61,640 nt of DNA, filler included, from Sphacelaria rigidula (GCA_964200075.2; 11 parts of 11 records of this genome joined end to end with filler, not necessarily neighbours in it), one strand, 5' to 3'. Positions 1 to 11,429 are shown, counted from the whole stretch's first letter. Program-made: numbers and translations. Notes: generated from the sequence alone by a model not told the origin.

Positions 1-100
1 CGAAAACGGTCGAAATGGCGTTTTTGGCTGTTTTCGCGTTTCTGGCCGTTTTTCGTACCTTTCCTAGGCAAAAAACGAGAACGTATACCTTTTCTAGGCC
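1..100 (+). repeat. Dispersed repeat fragment shared with the end of contig 4
   Basis: cgaaaacggtcgaaatggcgtttttggctgttttcgcgtttctggcc...ttttctaggc recurs, diverged, at ~22178-22276. Confidence 0.8.
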
Positions 101-863
101 ATTGCCCTTTATTATTTTCGAGCTGGCAGCTGGGGATCACGCAACATCACGGTACCGTAGTACTGAACAACACTGTACTGTCTGTAATCTGACTTGAATG
201 CGCTGTACACGATTGAAAGTGTGACCCAGGTCACCACAGTCGGGGTGGTCATGCGGCACTACGGTCAGCCGCACGTGACTTTGTGATTTTGCCATCACAT
301 ATCCCAGAGTGGACCTGAAGGTCGAATGTGCACCTGGGTCCACATAATCAAAGGATATGGCATGAGTATACAACCATACCCTTTGGTGCACATATGATTC
401 GTTCGGACGGGACGTAATTAACGCCTCATCACGACCCGGCACTGGAGAAAGAGCCAAGTCACTCAGTCCCCCACGTCCTACAGAGCAGTTACGTACTTCA
501 TCTTATCTGCTTCTCGCGCGTGAAAACTTTGGCCAACAGTACCGTATATTTGGGATCTTCATCCGACCAGCACGCTGTCCTGATCTATACTGCGTCACGT
601 GCAAGGACGAAGAAAGTGCCGTGACGGTAGTCAACCAATTACCGTGCACGAATACCCCCTGTCCAGTCCGTCGGGGTGGTACGGTCGATATTAGACTTCA
701 AGTGGCCAGGTTCTGCACACCGGGAACTAGTCGTGGCGCAAATGCTCACGTGCAGCGTGCACAAAAACCACAAACCGTATCCGTGTTCCCTATCGGACGC
801 TGTACGGCTTGCTACAAGAAACAACGGTGATATTGCGGTGCAATCTGAAGAGTGTGGTGCATC

Positions 864-1497
864 ATGACCGCTCGAGAAGAAACGCCGTTGTTACGCATCA
901 GTCGTTCGCCCGAGCTAGGTACTATCACTTTGTCGACACCACCACTCCGCTGCCGGGAGCAGCAGCAACCGGCGACGCTAGGCTCATATTTGCTCTTTTG
1001 GCGAAGAGGCATCCACTACCGACAAAGGCTATCACGTTGGCTGGGAGGAGGAATAACTTTAGCGCTCGTAATATCTGTGGCGATCGTTCGCGTCGCCGTT
1101 ACACATGATCTCCCGAGTCAGGACGCCTCCGAAGCAGCAGCTGTATTGGAACAAAATAGCCCTACTACTCCTACAGATCATACCACTGATATTGGTGCGG
1201 AGTACCCTGCTCGCAAGACGGAATTGCAGCAGTCCACCTCGCTGCGCGCAACCACGGTAAGAGATGGCAGGAGAGGCGGTGTTGCCGATGTAGGAGGAGG
1301 TGATACACCCCAGCACAATGCCCTTGTCACGAATTACACTGGCTCTATTTCTAGCATGGATGTTCCGTCAGGAATAGCACCAGGAGGAGCAGCTGCTACT
1401 GAGGCCGGCAGTGGCGTCAACAGCGGGCGGGCGAGCGGTTTAGAGTTTGTTGAGCTTTGGGACGAACGGAAGGAGGTCACGGAGTCGGAGGAAACAG
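864..1497 (+). CDS. Probable first exon of a type II membrane-anchored protein (function unknown)
   Basis: ATG 864 opens an uninterrupted frame MTAREETPLL... with a hydrophobic stretch WLGGGITLALVISVAIVRVAV, then an S/T/G-rich stalk. Candidate donor CAG|GTGTGT at 1497/1498. Confidence 0.5.
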
Positions 1498-1786
1498 GTG
1501 TGTGGTGAATGATGGCATTGAATATCCAATGCCCCGGCGAAAAGTTCCCTTCAGTACAGTATGTGGAAGTGGAATATTTGTCCTTGTCGCCCTTTCCACG
1601 CGTGCACACCGACACCGTCAGTGGCCCGAAATTTATTTTGTCCACGCTTATGTACGCTGTGATTAGACCCTGTTCCTCTCCCGAGGCCGTGTTTTATGGG
1701 GCCATTATTATTGATCGACACTCTATTTCATCCATTTTCATTCATACATAGACGAAGGCATCATTGTCATCGAATTTCATCCTTAA

Positions 1787-1884
1787 CCCTTAGACCGCGA
1801 GGTTAGTCTTGCTGGATCATGCATATTGTTTTTCACTTGAAATTGATGCCGATTCAACAGGAGACTAAACTCGCGGTCTAAGGG
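1787..1884. mobile_element. piggyBac-like MITE, copy 1 (98 bp)
   Basis: TIRs CCCTTAGACCGCGAG...CTCGCGGTCTAAGGG flanked by TTAA (1783-1786) and TTAA (1885-1888). Confidence 0.85.
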
Positions 1885-1888
1885 TTAA

Positions 1889-1990
1889 CCCTTGGACCGT
1901 GAGGAGGGTCGTGCGTCTGGATCATGCATACTTTTTTCAAGTGAATATTGATGCCGATTCAGCAGATGACCTATCCTCGCGGTCGAAGGG
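1889..1990. mobile_element. piggyBac-like MITE, copy 2 (102 bp, diverged relative)
   Basis: CCCTTGGACCGTGAGG...CCTCGCGGTCGAAGGG with the same internal motif (ctggatcatgcata...attgatgccgattca). Flanked by TTAA and TCAA. Confidence 0.8.
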
Positions 1991-2333
1991 TCAAATGGAT
2001 GAAGTGTAGATGAAAATGAGACAGTGTGACAAAATGTCCGTTTGATCAACTTAAATATAGACCCCTCTGTTTTAGTGAGGCTACAATTTGTTTTCGACTC
2101 GAAAACGTACACTGTAGAATCAAATTTGCTCGTTTCTGATGCGCCCACAGCATTCATGTTCTCAACCATCTGAGAAAATAGATCACGCGGACGAATCAGA
2201 AACGAGCGAATCCGATTCGACCGCACGTTTTCGATACGAAAACGATTTGATAAGACATGGCCTTCGTTATCAGGCCATCTCCCATGGTGTCAAAAAACAC
2301 ATCCTGTTGAAAACTGTCTTTGGACCCATTTCT

Positions 2334-2680
2334 GTCGTTTCACGCCCGAAAAGAGGGATAGGCAGATGTTGTCGCCTTGGAATGACTTGCTCTATACTCG
2401 TTGAGACCGTTACAGGGTACCTTTGCGTTTTTGCTGGCCGCAGTTGTATTTTTGGCCAGACTTGCATTTTCAGTAGCAAGCGGTCAACTTATCGAAAACA
2501 ACGGAAAAACTACAATTTTTTCTTGTAACTCGACCGTTTCTTTTTGAAAATGCAAGTTTGGCCAAAAATATAACTGGGGGCAGCGGAAACGGAAAGATGC
2601 CCTGCTACGGTCTCCACGAGTAGAGCAAGGCATTCCAAGGTGTCAACATCCGCCTAGCCCTCTTTTCGGGCGTGAACGAC
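2334..2680. mobile_element. Foldback/MITE with ~150-bp imperfect inverted arms
   Basis: gtcgtttcacgcccgaaaagagggataggc... is the reverse complement of ...gcctagccctcttttcgggcgtgaacgac. A related left arm is at ~33451-33578. Confidence 0.8.
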
Positions 2681-4631
2681 GGATAAGGGGCACCGAGTTC
2701 ATGGGTACGGATCGTTATATAATAATGAAACTAAAATCAGCTATTTTTTCGTTGTTTTCTATGATTCTCGAACGAATTTAACCCTAAATTTCTGTGTTGA
2801 TGGACCGCAGAGAGGTCACGAAGATATAGTTATTTGAGGGGGGGGTTCTGTCCAGGCCCGGTCTGAGCTTCATTTCCCTCCGCTAGCTGGCTACAGCCCA
2901 GAACAGTTCAGTATATCGATGATATTTTCACAAACGCCATGTCATCATGAAACAAGCTTATATGGTATACCTCGGAAGTGGGGCGGTGCTCTAGCATACG
3001 GGATCGTACATGCAAGAGAGATACATGTCCACCTTAGCCGTCTGATGTCCCGTGTGTAGAGTGCTTGATCGTCTTCGCCATTGCATCTCTAAATAATTTA
3101 TGTCGCGGTATCAACTGTATCTTTACCGCAAGATGCGCCAACCCTGGCCAGGCGGTGGGCATCGCGTGAGTACTGTCTGTACCGCACCGATCAACACGAG
3201 CCATCCCGAACAAAAGCACGACGGTTAACAGTAGAGAGCCACAGTAGCAGCATTGATGTCGATGTAGTCCTTTTCTGGTGTTATGCTCTCCGGGAGCATG
3301 AAACAACGAACAGCGACAACGATAGCACCGTCTTATCTCATGCCCCGTATCCAAAGCCGTGCAGGATACAGGAGGCGAAAGCTGAGCGCAAATGGAGACT
3401 GCAACGCCAACCCCCGCCAGCGCAACCATACCGCAGGCACGACGACACTCAAAGCGAAGGTTGGATACACCAATCCGTATACAGAAAGACAAGGCACTCC
3501 TTGTGGGGCCGTTGTTGTCCTGGATACCATTTTTCCGCAGCACAGTCCTGTACTGTGGCTGCGGTGCGATGGCTGCGGGGACCAGAAGGCCCGTGAACAC
3601 GAGTGTGACGGAGTCTATACTAAAATCAAGTTTGCGTTATATGATGTAGAGGGACTGGTGATAACTTGAATTGAATTACTTGAAACTAGTGTATGCGTTA
3701 TATATTTTGAGCCGGACCCATGGACCCACCGCCGGATAAGGGCCCACACGGCAGTTTCCCAACAGTTTTTTTTTTTTCACACATGAGAGCTGGTGTCAAT
3801 ACCAGCCTTCAAGAGCGTGTCTGAGGGCGTACGTTTCTTATCACATATGTTTTCGATCGAATTTTTTTGAGCTGATTTGAGCAAATCCGTTCATTTTTTC
3901 GCGAGTTTAGTTCAAGTGAATTCGCGAGCTTTCGATCGAAGAAAGAAGAGTGAAATTCGTGAAGCGGTACTCGTTCGCTTGTAATCAGTAAGACAGTACT
4001 GTACTGTTATTTCGTCTTTTCCATAACACTTTTTCGATCGTTTTTTTTTGCCAAGACACGTCCGAGTACATGGCCTTCGCTTTTTCGATCAGAAGCATGC
4101 GGCGGAAAGGAACGATAGGGGCACTTGAATCCCATCTTCTTGCAGACCACCACGCCCGATACCATCCGTCCACAGAACCACACAATCTCCACACAGTTTT
4201 TCTCAGCTACCAAACGCAAGCCTGCGACGAGTTGAGAACAGGGATACATGCACTGCAGTGATTGGGAACCGACACTATCACCCTCTTGGAATGATGTATT
4301 TCTTTTTTGTTGGCGAAAAAATATTTTTATGGTACGTGGAGGTTTGCGACGAAATTGTGTGGTAGGAGGGGTGACCGACGTGCGTACACGCTCATGGACA
4401 GTGTACAGGCTGTACAAAACTGCACTTTCTCCAAATCTTTTTGAATTTTCCCCTGTGTACAAAGAAATACAGATAATCCACACGTCGGACGAGCCATTAC
4501 ACGTCAAAACGAGCAATGACTCGTGTGCTCGAGTCATTTATTTTTTCACATCGAGCAATGGATGACTCGAGCGCTCGTCCTATAAGTGTACTACTCGAGG
4601 GATACTCTCAGCCTCTTCAGTAGAATTCTGA

Positions 4632-4633
<2 letters not shown>

Positions 4634-4668
<35 letters not shown>
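4634..4668. repeat. (TG)n microsatellite
   Basis: Direct inspection. Confidence 0.95.
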
Positions 4669-4669
<1 letters not shown>

Positions 4670-4831
4670 GGGAGGGTGCTTGGATAAAATGAAAACGAGT
4701 TTTGGCGCTTGAGGCTTGTACATGTGCAGATATGCATATGAACTCGAAGATTCTAGGTTCAAGATCGTCGAGGAGGTCATGAAAATTGTTTTCTCGTCGG
4801 ATTGCTGACTCCTCCATTCAAGTCGTTCATC

Positions 4832-5140
4832 ACGAGCAATGACTCGAGTGCTCGCCCTATTAATTTTTCCCACAATGAGTAATGACTCGAGTACTCACCC
4901 TACTAATTTTTCCCACAATGAGTAATGACTCGAGTACTCACCCTATTAATTTTTTCCACAACGAGCAATGACTCGAGTGCTCACCCTACTATTTTTTCCC
5001 ACAACAAGCAGTGACTCGAGTGCTCGCCCTACTAATTTTTTCCACAACGAGCAATGACTCAAGTGCTCACCCTACTATTTTTTTCCACAACAAGCAATGA
5101 CTCGAGTACTCGCCCTATTAATTTTTACGGCCAACGAGCA
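4832..5140. repeat. Minisatellite, ~43-bp unit x ~7
   Basis: Unit gagcaatgactcgagtgctcgccctattaatttttcccacaat repeated head-to-tail without unique spacers. Degenerate copies at 4510-4600. Confidence 0.9.
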
Positions 5141-5430
5141 GCCCAACGAGTGCGAGTCGTAGCCACGAGTTATACTCACGCTCGTCCGACGTGTGCAATC
5201 CTGTGCTGTCTGCATTGCACGCTGCCCGCTTCTTTTTGACAGCCTACGGTACGAAACAGAGTCACCCGGTGTGTACTGTCTGTGAGTAATGCCACGATAG
5301 GGATAGATAGGGATACCCCTTTCAGTCCAATAGTTTTCTGAGGTTACACACTAAGGCCAATATATTTTCCATCTAGAGGCTCCTATACTGTAGCAAAGAG
5401 CCTCAGAAAAAAAGTGCACCCTGTATATTG

Positions 5431-5513
5431 GAGTCATCCTACGATAGGGGGCGTACTCATTTGTTGCTTGCCTTAGTCATTTGACCATTGACCACGCATC
5501 CCTTTCGAGACGG
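5431..5513 (-). mobile_element. LINE 3' end including terminal C-tract/hairpin module
   Basis: Minus strand reads ...SRKGCVVNGQMTKASNK* then GTACG-CCCCC-TATCGTAGGATGACTC, matching the ORF end of the copies at 39292-39665 and 60240-61640. Confidence 0.85.
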
Positions 5514-5613
5514 NNNNNNNNNNNNNNNNNNNNNNNNNNNNNNNNNNNNNNNNNNNNTTAATTAATTAANNNNNNNNNNNNNNNNNNNNNNNNNNNNNNN
5601 NNNNNNNNNNNNN
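5514..5613. other. Artificial contig spacer (N44-TTAATTAATTAA-N44); first of 10
   Basis: Identical 100-bp spacers at 5514, 11127, 16740, 22353, 27966, 33579, 39192, 44805, 50417 and 56029. Intervening contigs are 5513 bp x8 then 5512 bp x3. The linker has stops in all six frames. Confidence 0.98.
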
Positions 5614-5875
5614 TCTGTGACTTTACGGCGCTGTCCTAACCTGTTTTTTTCCCTCCTCCCCCTCCCCCCCCCCTAAAAAATAAGTAGAAATGGCGGTTTC
5701 GGACAGCGCTGTAAGCTCACAGAGTCGGAAAATGCGCTGAAGAAGTATCTACGCGATCGAGGGGCATTAGGCCGACAAGAAAATCATTGGGCACCATCGC
5801 TGAAAGCGTGGGGAGAGTACTGTTGTGAGCTCGAACCTTATTTCATTGATGAACCTCATTTTATAGAATCCTCTG

Positions 5876-7523
5876 CTAACTACGGTTTGGTCTGAATCCT
5901 GCTTGTCCCTCGCTGATTTTGTCTTCTGTTTCTAGCATCATTCCTACTCTATCATTCAGGATGTCACAGAATGTTCTCCCTACCGTGCTCACTAGCGTTA
6001 TCCCTCTATGGTTTCCTGGGTCAGCCTTCTCTCTTTTTTTGCAAAGATTGACGACTACTCCTTCTCTCCACCTCTTGGGTGTGTACTCGTTCTCCCAGAT
6101 CCAGTTGTGCAGCATGACCATCATGGTAATCATTACTTCTCATGCACACTTTAGAAATTCACTCACTATTCCGAATGCCCCTGCTGCCTTTCTGTTCTTA
6201 AATTTTGCTACGCACGCCTTCTCTTCATCTACACAGTAAATTCTCTTTGCAATTCTCACGAGCCACTATCCTACCGGTCCGACGTCTCTACATTTGCCTT
6301 TGCCCACGCGTTGTTGGTTTTTTCTGAATACCTTGTCGAACTCCGTCGTTGTTTCTGGTGTTCCTAGTTTACGGTAGTGCTCGACTAGCACTTCTATCTT
6401 TCCCTTCGAACTACTGACCATTTTACCGTTATGTGTCCGGAATGTAGCTACACCCTTGTTCATCCTTCCTGCCTGGTTTCTCGTTATCTCTTTCATCCCT
6501 GCCCACATTTGTTTCATCTCGCCGTCGAAATCTTAATTTGTTTTTTTCACTATATCTTCCCAACCTTCCTTCTTCTGCTGTACCACCGTTTTTACTTCCT
6601 TCCGAGCTTTAGTGTACTCCCCCCATCCTACCGTACTTTTGCTCGACATCCACCTGGCGTGGGCCTCTATCCTTACTCTGATAGCCTCTTTCACTTTCTC
6701 ATCCCACCATTTTTTTGCTTTGTTGCATACGATCAGTTTGTTCCCTATGCCTTTCTTCGCCGTGTTCTTGACCAGCTGCTCCCGGCCTTCTACCATATTC
6801 GGTCCTGCCCGATTTCTTTCAATTTCGGTATCAACTCTACCTACGCGTTCCACCAGCTCGGAAATTTTCATCGCATTTCTGGGTCATCTCCTCTTGAAAC
6901 TCTTGCCGTGTCTCTTCCATGTCTAGTGTATCGCTTCTCCATTTGTACAGCTTCCTACCACGCGTATCTCTTTTAGCTCTCGTCCGTTGGCTTTCTGTCC
7001 ATATTAGGCAGTGATCTGTGCTTCCCACGTCGTCCGCGTATACATGTACTTATATTTATGTTCCATGTCCATGCTCTACCACTGTATAGTTAATAACCGA
7101 GCGTTTAAGCTTTCCTTTGCATTGCCTCGTCCATGTCCATTACGCCTCTGGCTTTGGTACTCTATCGTTCAGCGTCTTCATCTCGTTATGCTTCAGGAAC
7201 TTTAGCATTTCTACCCCATCGGTGTTCTTCTTATCTTCCCCGCATTGCCCAGTGATATACTCTGGTTGACCTGCTCTCCCTACCCTTGCATTCAAATCTC
7301 CCACTAACATGACTTCTCCTTGCCTTTGTACTTTTGTACATCTGCTGTTATCTCTCCAAAGCTACGCTGAATACCGTCCACCGTACCCTTCCATTCTGAG
7401 GGCATATAGATGTTCCCTACGAGGAAGTCCTTCGTTCCCCGCTCTGCTGGTACCCTTATCCATATGCTCTCGTCGAATTTCGTGCCGTCGATCACTTTTC
7501 TAATGTCACACAGGTATTCCTTG
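5876..7523 (-). mobile_element. Decayed non-LTR retrotransposon (LINE) ORF2: APE endonuclease, linker and start of RT
   Basis: Frameshifted fragments: ESIWIRV, FLVGNIYMP, GDLNARVG, TDHCLIW (APE motifs); WREGVVVNLCKK..DPGNHRGITLVSTVG..ISEGQAGFRPNRS (RT N-terminal motifs). Confidence 0.9.
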
Positions 7524-7912
7524 ACTAGGAGGAGGGGGGGGGGGGGGGGTTCGCTCCCCCCCCCTCGGGGTTCGCTTCCCCCCCCCCGCCTCCGCGCAGA
7601 TCGTCCTACATACATAGCTTATCTCACTCACATAGACCGACACCTGACGTTGTTATTCCATGCTGCACGCAGGACCGCGATGCCACCGCACACGAAGCGG
7701 GTGAACTGCGGGCAGGTGAGTCATCAGTCGACGAAGACGACAGTTCGGAAAGGGCAGCCTCGGGAGGAAACGATGAGTGCTCGAGCGGTAGCGACTGGGA
7801 GCCGTCTGATGCGGCGGGAGCAAACACTGACGGTGGCCAGTGCGGCGAAGGGTCGACACAGCCCGGCGCCGATAACGCCGAGGGGGGTACGAACAGCAGC
7901 GGCGGTGCGCAT

Positions 7913-9173
7913 TTGGGCGCCGCGCAGGCGCCGGCCTTTGTAGCCGGCGGTGGTCCCGAGACTGGAGAGGCCCCGTTGCCATCACTGGAAGACCTCCATC
8001 TCCCATTCGGGGGCAGTACGGTGGAAGGGGGCGAGGATAACGTGAAGTACAGGGAGGCCGCTCGGAACTCGGCTTATTATCCCTTCAAAAATCCGACCGA
8101 ACTCATGCTCTTCGTCTTCATCTTCAAACACCAACTATCGAGGGCAGCGGTGGCTGACCTCTTCCAAATTCTACGGTTGCTTGACGGTGAAGCCGGAGAT
8201 GGGAAGGGTGAGGGGCGCGGTTTCGACCTTCAACATGTGCCAGACCGTGCCGACCATTTCATCCATCGGACGAGGGTATACTTTCCCCTACTGCCTGTTG
8301 TGAAGAGGGAGGTTCCGACCGAAACAAGTGGGGTGACAGCTGCTGTGTATGATATACCGTTACACTTGCAATAGGCGCGGTTGCTCAAGTCCAGGCGGTT
8401 AATGGAAGAGATCGACGGAAATCCCGGTGGCCATGTATCGAGGGGGGAGGAGGCGTCAGAGAACTGTTCCGGAAGTTGTCAGGTAATGGCCGGCCCGACG
8501 GAGCCGGGTCGGCGGGAGGAGACGTTCCTTGATGCACGGAGACTTGGCTCGCAGCTTACCGTTCCTGGGATATGACGGTGTTGTCTGTAGCGAGGGGCGC
8601 AGGGTGTACATCGGAGAAATATTGATCTGCCGAGTCCCCACTGCCGATGGTGAGAACACAGAGGAGCGCCCCTGCAGAATCGTTCAGATACTTTGGGACG
8701 ATGTGTCGGGTATGGTTAAGGTGCGGTTGAGGCGTTTTTATTACGCGGCAGAGGTGCTCGGGTCGAGGAAGCGGCAGAACTCTTTGTGCGGCGATATTAG
8801 AAGGGTGTGGGAGGCCGAGGGTGAGTTGGGGTTATGTGATGTGACACCTGGCGCGCTGGTGGACTTATGTGAGATGTTGACTGCTGCGGAGCGGGGGGCA
8901 TAGGCGCCTCAGGAGTCTTGGCGGATGGGCGCCCGACGATCTACGCGTTGGACGTTGTGCTGCGAGGGCTTCGTGCGGTCGACGCCACGACGGCAGCGAT
9001 CGACAGTCCAATTTGACGTCTGTGGACCCTGGCGCCGTGAGGGGGGTGACGGGGAGGATTTTCCGGACATGAGAGCGGCTGGTGTGCACCACAACACGGC
9101 CAACCTCCCGTCCTGCACGATTGGCACCGTACTGTATATCGACGCCTTCAACGTCCACAGCATGACCACCCAG
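7913..9173 (+). pseudogene. CMC/Plavaka-like DDE transposase, exon A (N-terminal helices, BAH-like domain, first catalytic Asp)
   Basis: YYPFKNPTELMLFVFIFKHQLSRAAVADLFQIL; BAH-like RVYIGEILIC..PCRIVQILWD..VKVRLRRFYYAAEV; LYIDAFNV. In-frame stops at 8372 and 8901 and a frameshift near 8520. Donor CAG|GTGAGG at 9173. Confidence 0.7.
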
Positions 9174-10371
9174 GTGAGGGTATGCGGGTGCGCCCCTGTG
9201 AGACGGGGGATGGTGGCGCCGGTGAGTTGTTGTGGGGTATGAGTTGGACCGCGTGGTATTTTGCTTCATGTCCAGTGCGCTTCCCACAACACTGTACCAG
9301 AGAACGTTATCCCGTTGAGGGTAGACTTTTGCCCTCTCCAGTATCAGAACGTACGCGCTGATGTCTGTATTCTATGTCGTAGTGTTACATGCGTGTAAGA
9401 CGAACAATGCAACAAGCAGAGAAAAATGGAGTGATGGCGAGAGGGGATGTGTGACCCAGGCAAGACCGCAGCGGCCCTTCTAAAACCGGCATTTGAGGTC
9501 ACGGGTTGCTTCTTACCTAGGTGTGTTGCTTTCGCGCCTTAGAGTTCATACCGGCCCGGCGCGGAACGGGGAAGTATACTCAGCACAAACCAGGAATACA
9601 AACCTGGTGATAGGATTCAAGCCTCGTGTATGCTGCAGGTAACAATTGTTCTCTATAGCAGGTACGTGGTCCTCGAGAAAGAATTTGTTCAACGATGGTA
9701 TCCTGGACAGCGGTAATCCATACAACCATGGGCAGACCGCTTCATCCTGTGGGCAAAACAGCGAGGAGTATACAGCGAGAGTAAAACGGCGGCGCGGGAG
9801 AAGACACATGCTAGATTATCCTCGATGAAGCCGTTAAAATTTCGTACACTCGGCGGCGGAAGGTTCGAGAACGACCGCTGCCGATATATCCTGCACGTCT
9901 CGAGAAAAACGAGCTTCAAGTTATTCACCTTCAGATTTGCCCGCGTGCTCAATACGCGAAGGTGAAGGATCTACGTGGAACGAGCGCCGAGTTAGTTTGT
10001 TGGCAATACCGTGACAATTTTCATATTTTCTCATCCTTTACTTGGAACGTTCGCATGTTGTGTTCGTGACTCGCCTCTCAATACGCCTTGGATCGTGTCG
10101 TTATCTTGGACCCGAGAACGCAACGTCAGCCAACATATCTCACAGATTCCGTCGCAGGAGCATGCACATTTATAGCTCGAAATGTCCGCTACAGCGCGCT
10201 CCGAAGGACGGTTGTCCTTCAGACGTTGTGTGTTCGACGGTGATGTCATGTTTTAGACCACTCCCACATCATCCGTGACACGTGGACGTCCTCACCCCAG
10301 CGGCGTGATCAATTTTAACCGTCGACGATTGCACCGCTCCACCGCTCCACCCCGATCCACCACTCGAGCAG

Positions 10372-10584
10372 CTGTCTGAGGTGGGGACCTACGCCACGAT
10401 GTCAAACACTACGCCGAGATTGCAGCGATCCCAGAGACACCCGCACGCAACGACGGTGGCCGAGGGTGGAGTTACCGTGGAGAGGGAGATAGGTCTGGTT
10501 TGCGGCGTGCTCGGGGCCATGGAGAATTGCTGCATCGCGCAGTGTTGGGTGCGAAACGCCGCCGGCGAGTGGATCCTGAAGACG
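10372..10584 (+). pseudogene. CMC/Plavaka-like transposase, exon B
   Basis: Acceptor gagcag|CTG and donor ACG|GTAGGT, both phase 0. Encodes LSEVGTYATMSNTTPRLQRS..LGAMENC.., resembling the G-x-Y-x-T-x-x-N...LE-x-G segment of CMC transposases. Confidence 0.65.
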
Positions 10585-10810
10585 GTAGGTCAAGGATACT
10601 AGCAATGTTCAGTAGAAAAGGCCCCGACGTTTCGGAGAGCCTCCCGTGGATTGGGAATCTCGCCTCCACCCAGCGTGAGCGCATGTACTTGAAACCGGAG
10701 GCCTCCTCCTTCATGTTGGTGCTTGTGTGCTAGTAGCCACACCGACAGATCTGCCGTCCATGGCATGCCCGACGCTCCCCATCCGCCGTTTATCTCCCCG
10801 ACGGAGTCAG

Positions 10811-11067
10811 GTCTTCGTCCGCGGAGGTCTTCTCGTGGCTTTCGCAGACAGTCCACAAAGAGCGGTTCTGACGATTGCGAAACACCCAAACGGGTCGACC
10901 TCTACCCGTGCCCATACTGCAGGGTGAAACAGTCGGGGGAGCATGACTGTCCAGTAGGCCGGCACGACTTGGACATAGCTGGCGAAACTCGCACGCGCCA
11001 GGATCACGAGCGGGCGTGTGCACGTTTGACACTTTTGCGCCCGGGCTCGAGAGAGCAGTGTTCGTGA
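10811..11067 (+). pseudogene. CMC/Plavaka-like transposase, exon C (second catalytic Asp and CxxC)
   Basis: Acceptor gtcag|GTC, phase 0. VFVRGGLLVAFADSPQRAVL, then after a 1-nt frameshift YPCPYCRV..RTRQDH. The contig ends before the rest. Confidence 0.7.
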
Positions 11068-11226
11068 TAGCTGCTGTAGTATCGACTGAGTTGTGTAGAA
11101 CATCTGATTGGAAGATTTGAATAACGNNNNNNNNNNNNNNNNNNNNNNNNNNNNNNNNNNNNNNNNNNNNTTAATTAATTAANNNNNNNNNNNNNNNNNN
11201 NNNNNNNNNNNNNNNNNNNNNNNNNN

Positions 11227-11286
11227 TCGTTATCCCTTTGTCCCTGTCCACATTTGTTTCATCCCGCCGTCGAAATCTTCATTTGT
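11227..11286 (-). mobile_element. LINE fragment
   Basis: Near-copy of 6481-6540. Confidence 0.7.
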
Positions 11287-11429
11287 TATATATCTCATAA
11301 GGTCGACAGTTGTGGAAAATCCTCTTCTTCTGTCACACAACACGCGTGATTGATTTAAAATGCTGAGAAAACAACCTACGAGTGCCCAGCTGTGTCACCT
11401 TCATGGGATATAGGGTAAAAAACTTCGCC

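Noticed and set aside
3283..3669. 128-aa ORF with CDGC as a zinc-binding protein or further exon of the 864 gene
   Set aside because: No family recognised and no convincing splice pair in the needed phase, so it is left unassigned.
4832..5140. CRISPR-like array (partly palindromic 43-bp repeats)
   Set aside because: Units are contiguous with no unique spacers, there are no cas genes, and the context is eukaryotic. It is a minisatellite.
5514..5613. Regularly spaced TTAATTAATTAA motif every ~5.6 kb
   Set aside because: It is embedded in N runs and is an assembly linker with stops in all frames.
10500..10733. ORF containing WIGNLASTQRER as part of the transposase
   Set aside because: It superficially resembles the GN motif, but the phase-0 splice model (10372-10584 to 10811) gives a better motif order and places this peptide in the intron.
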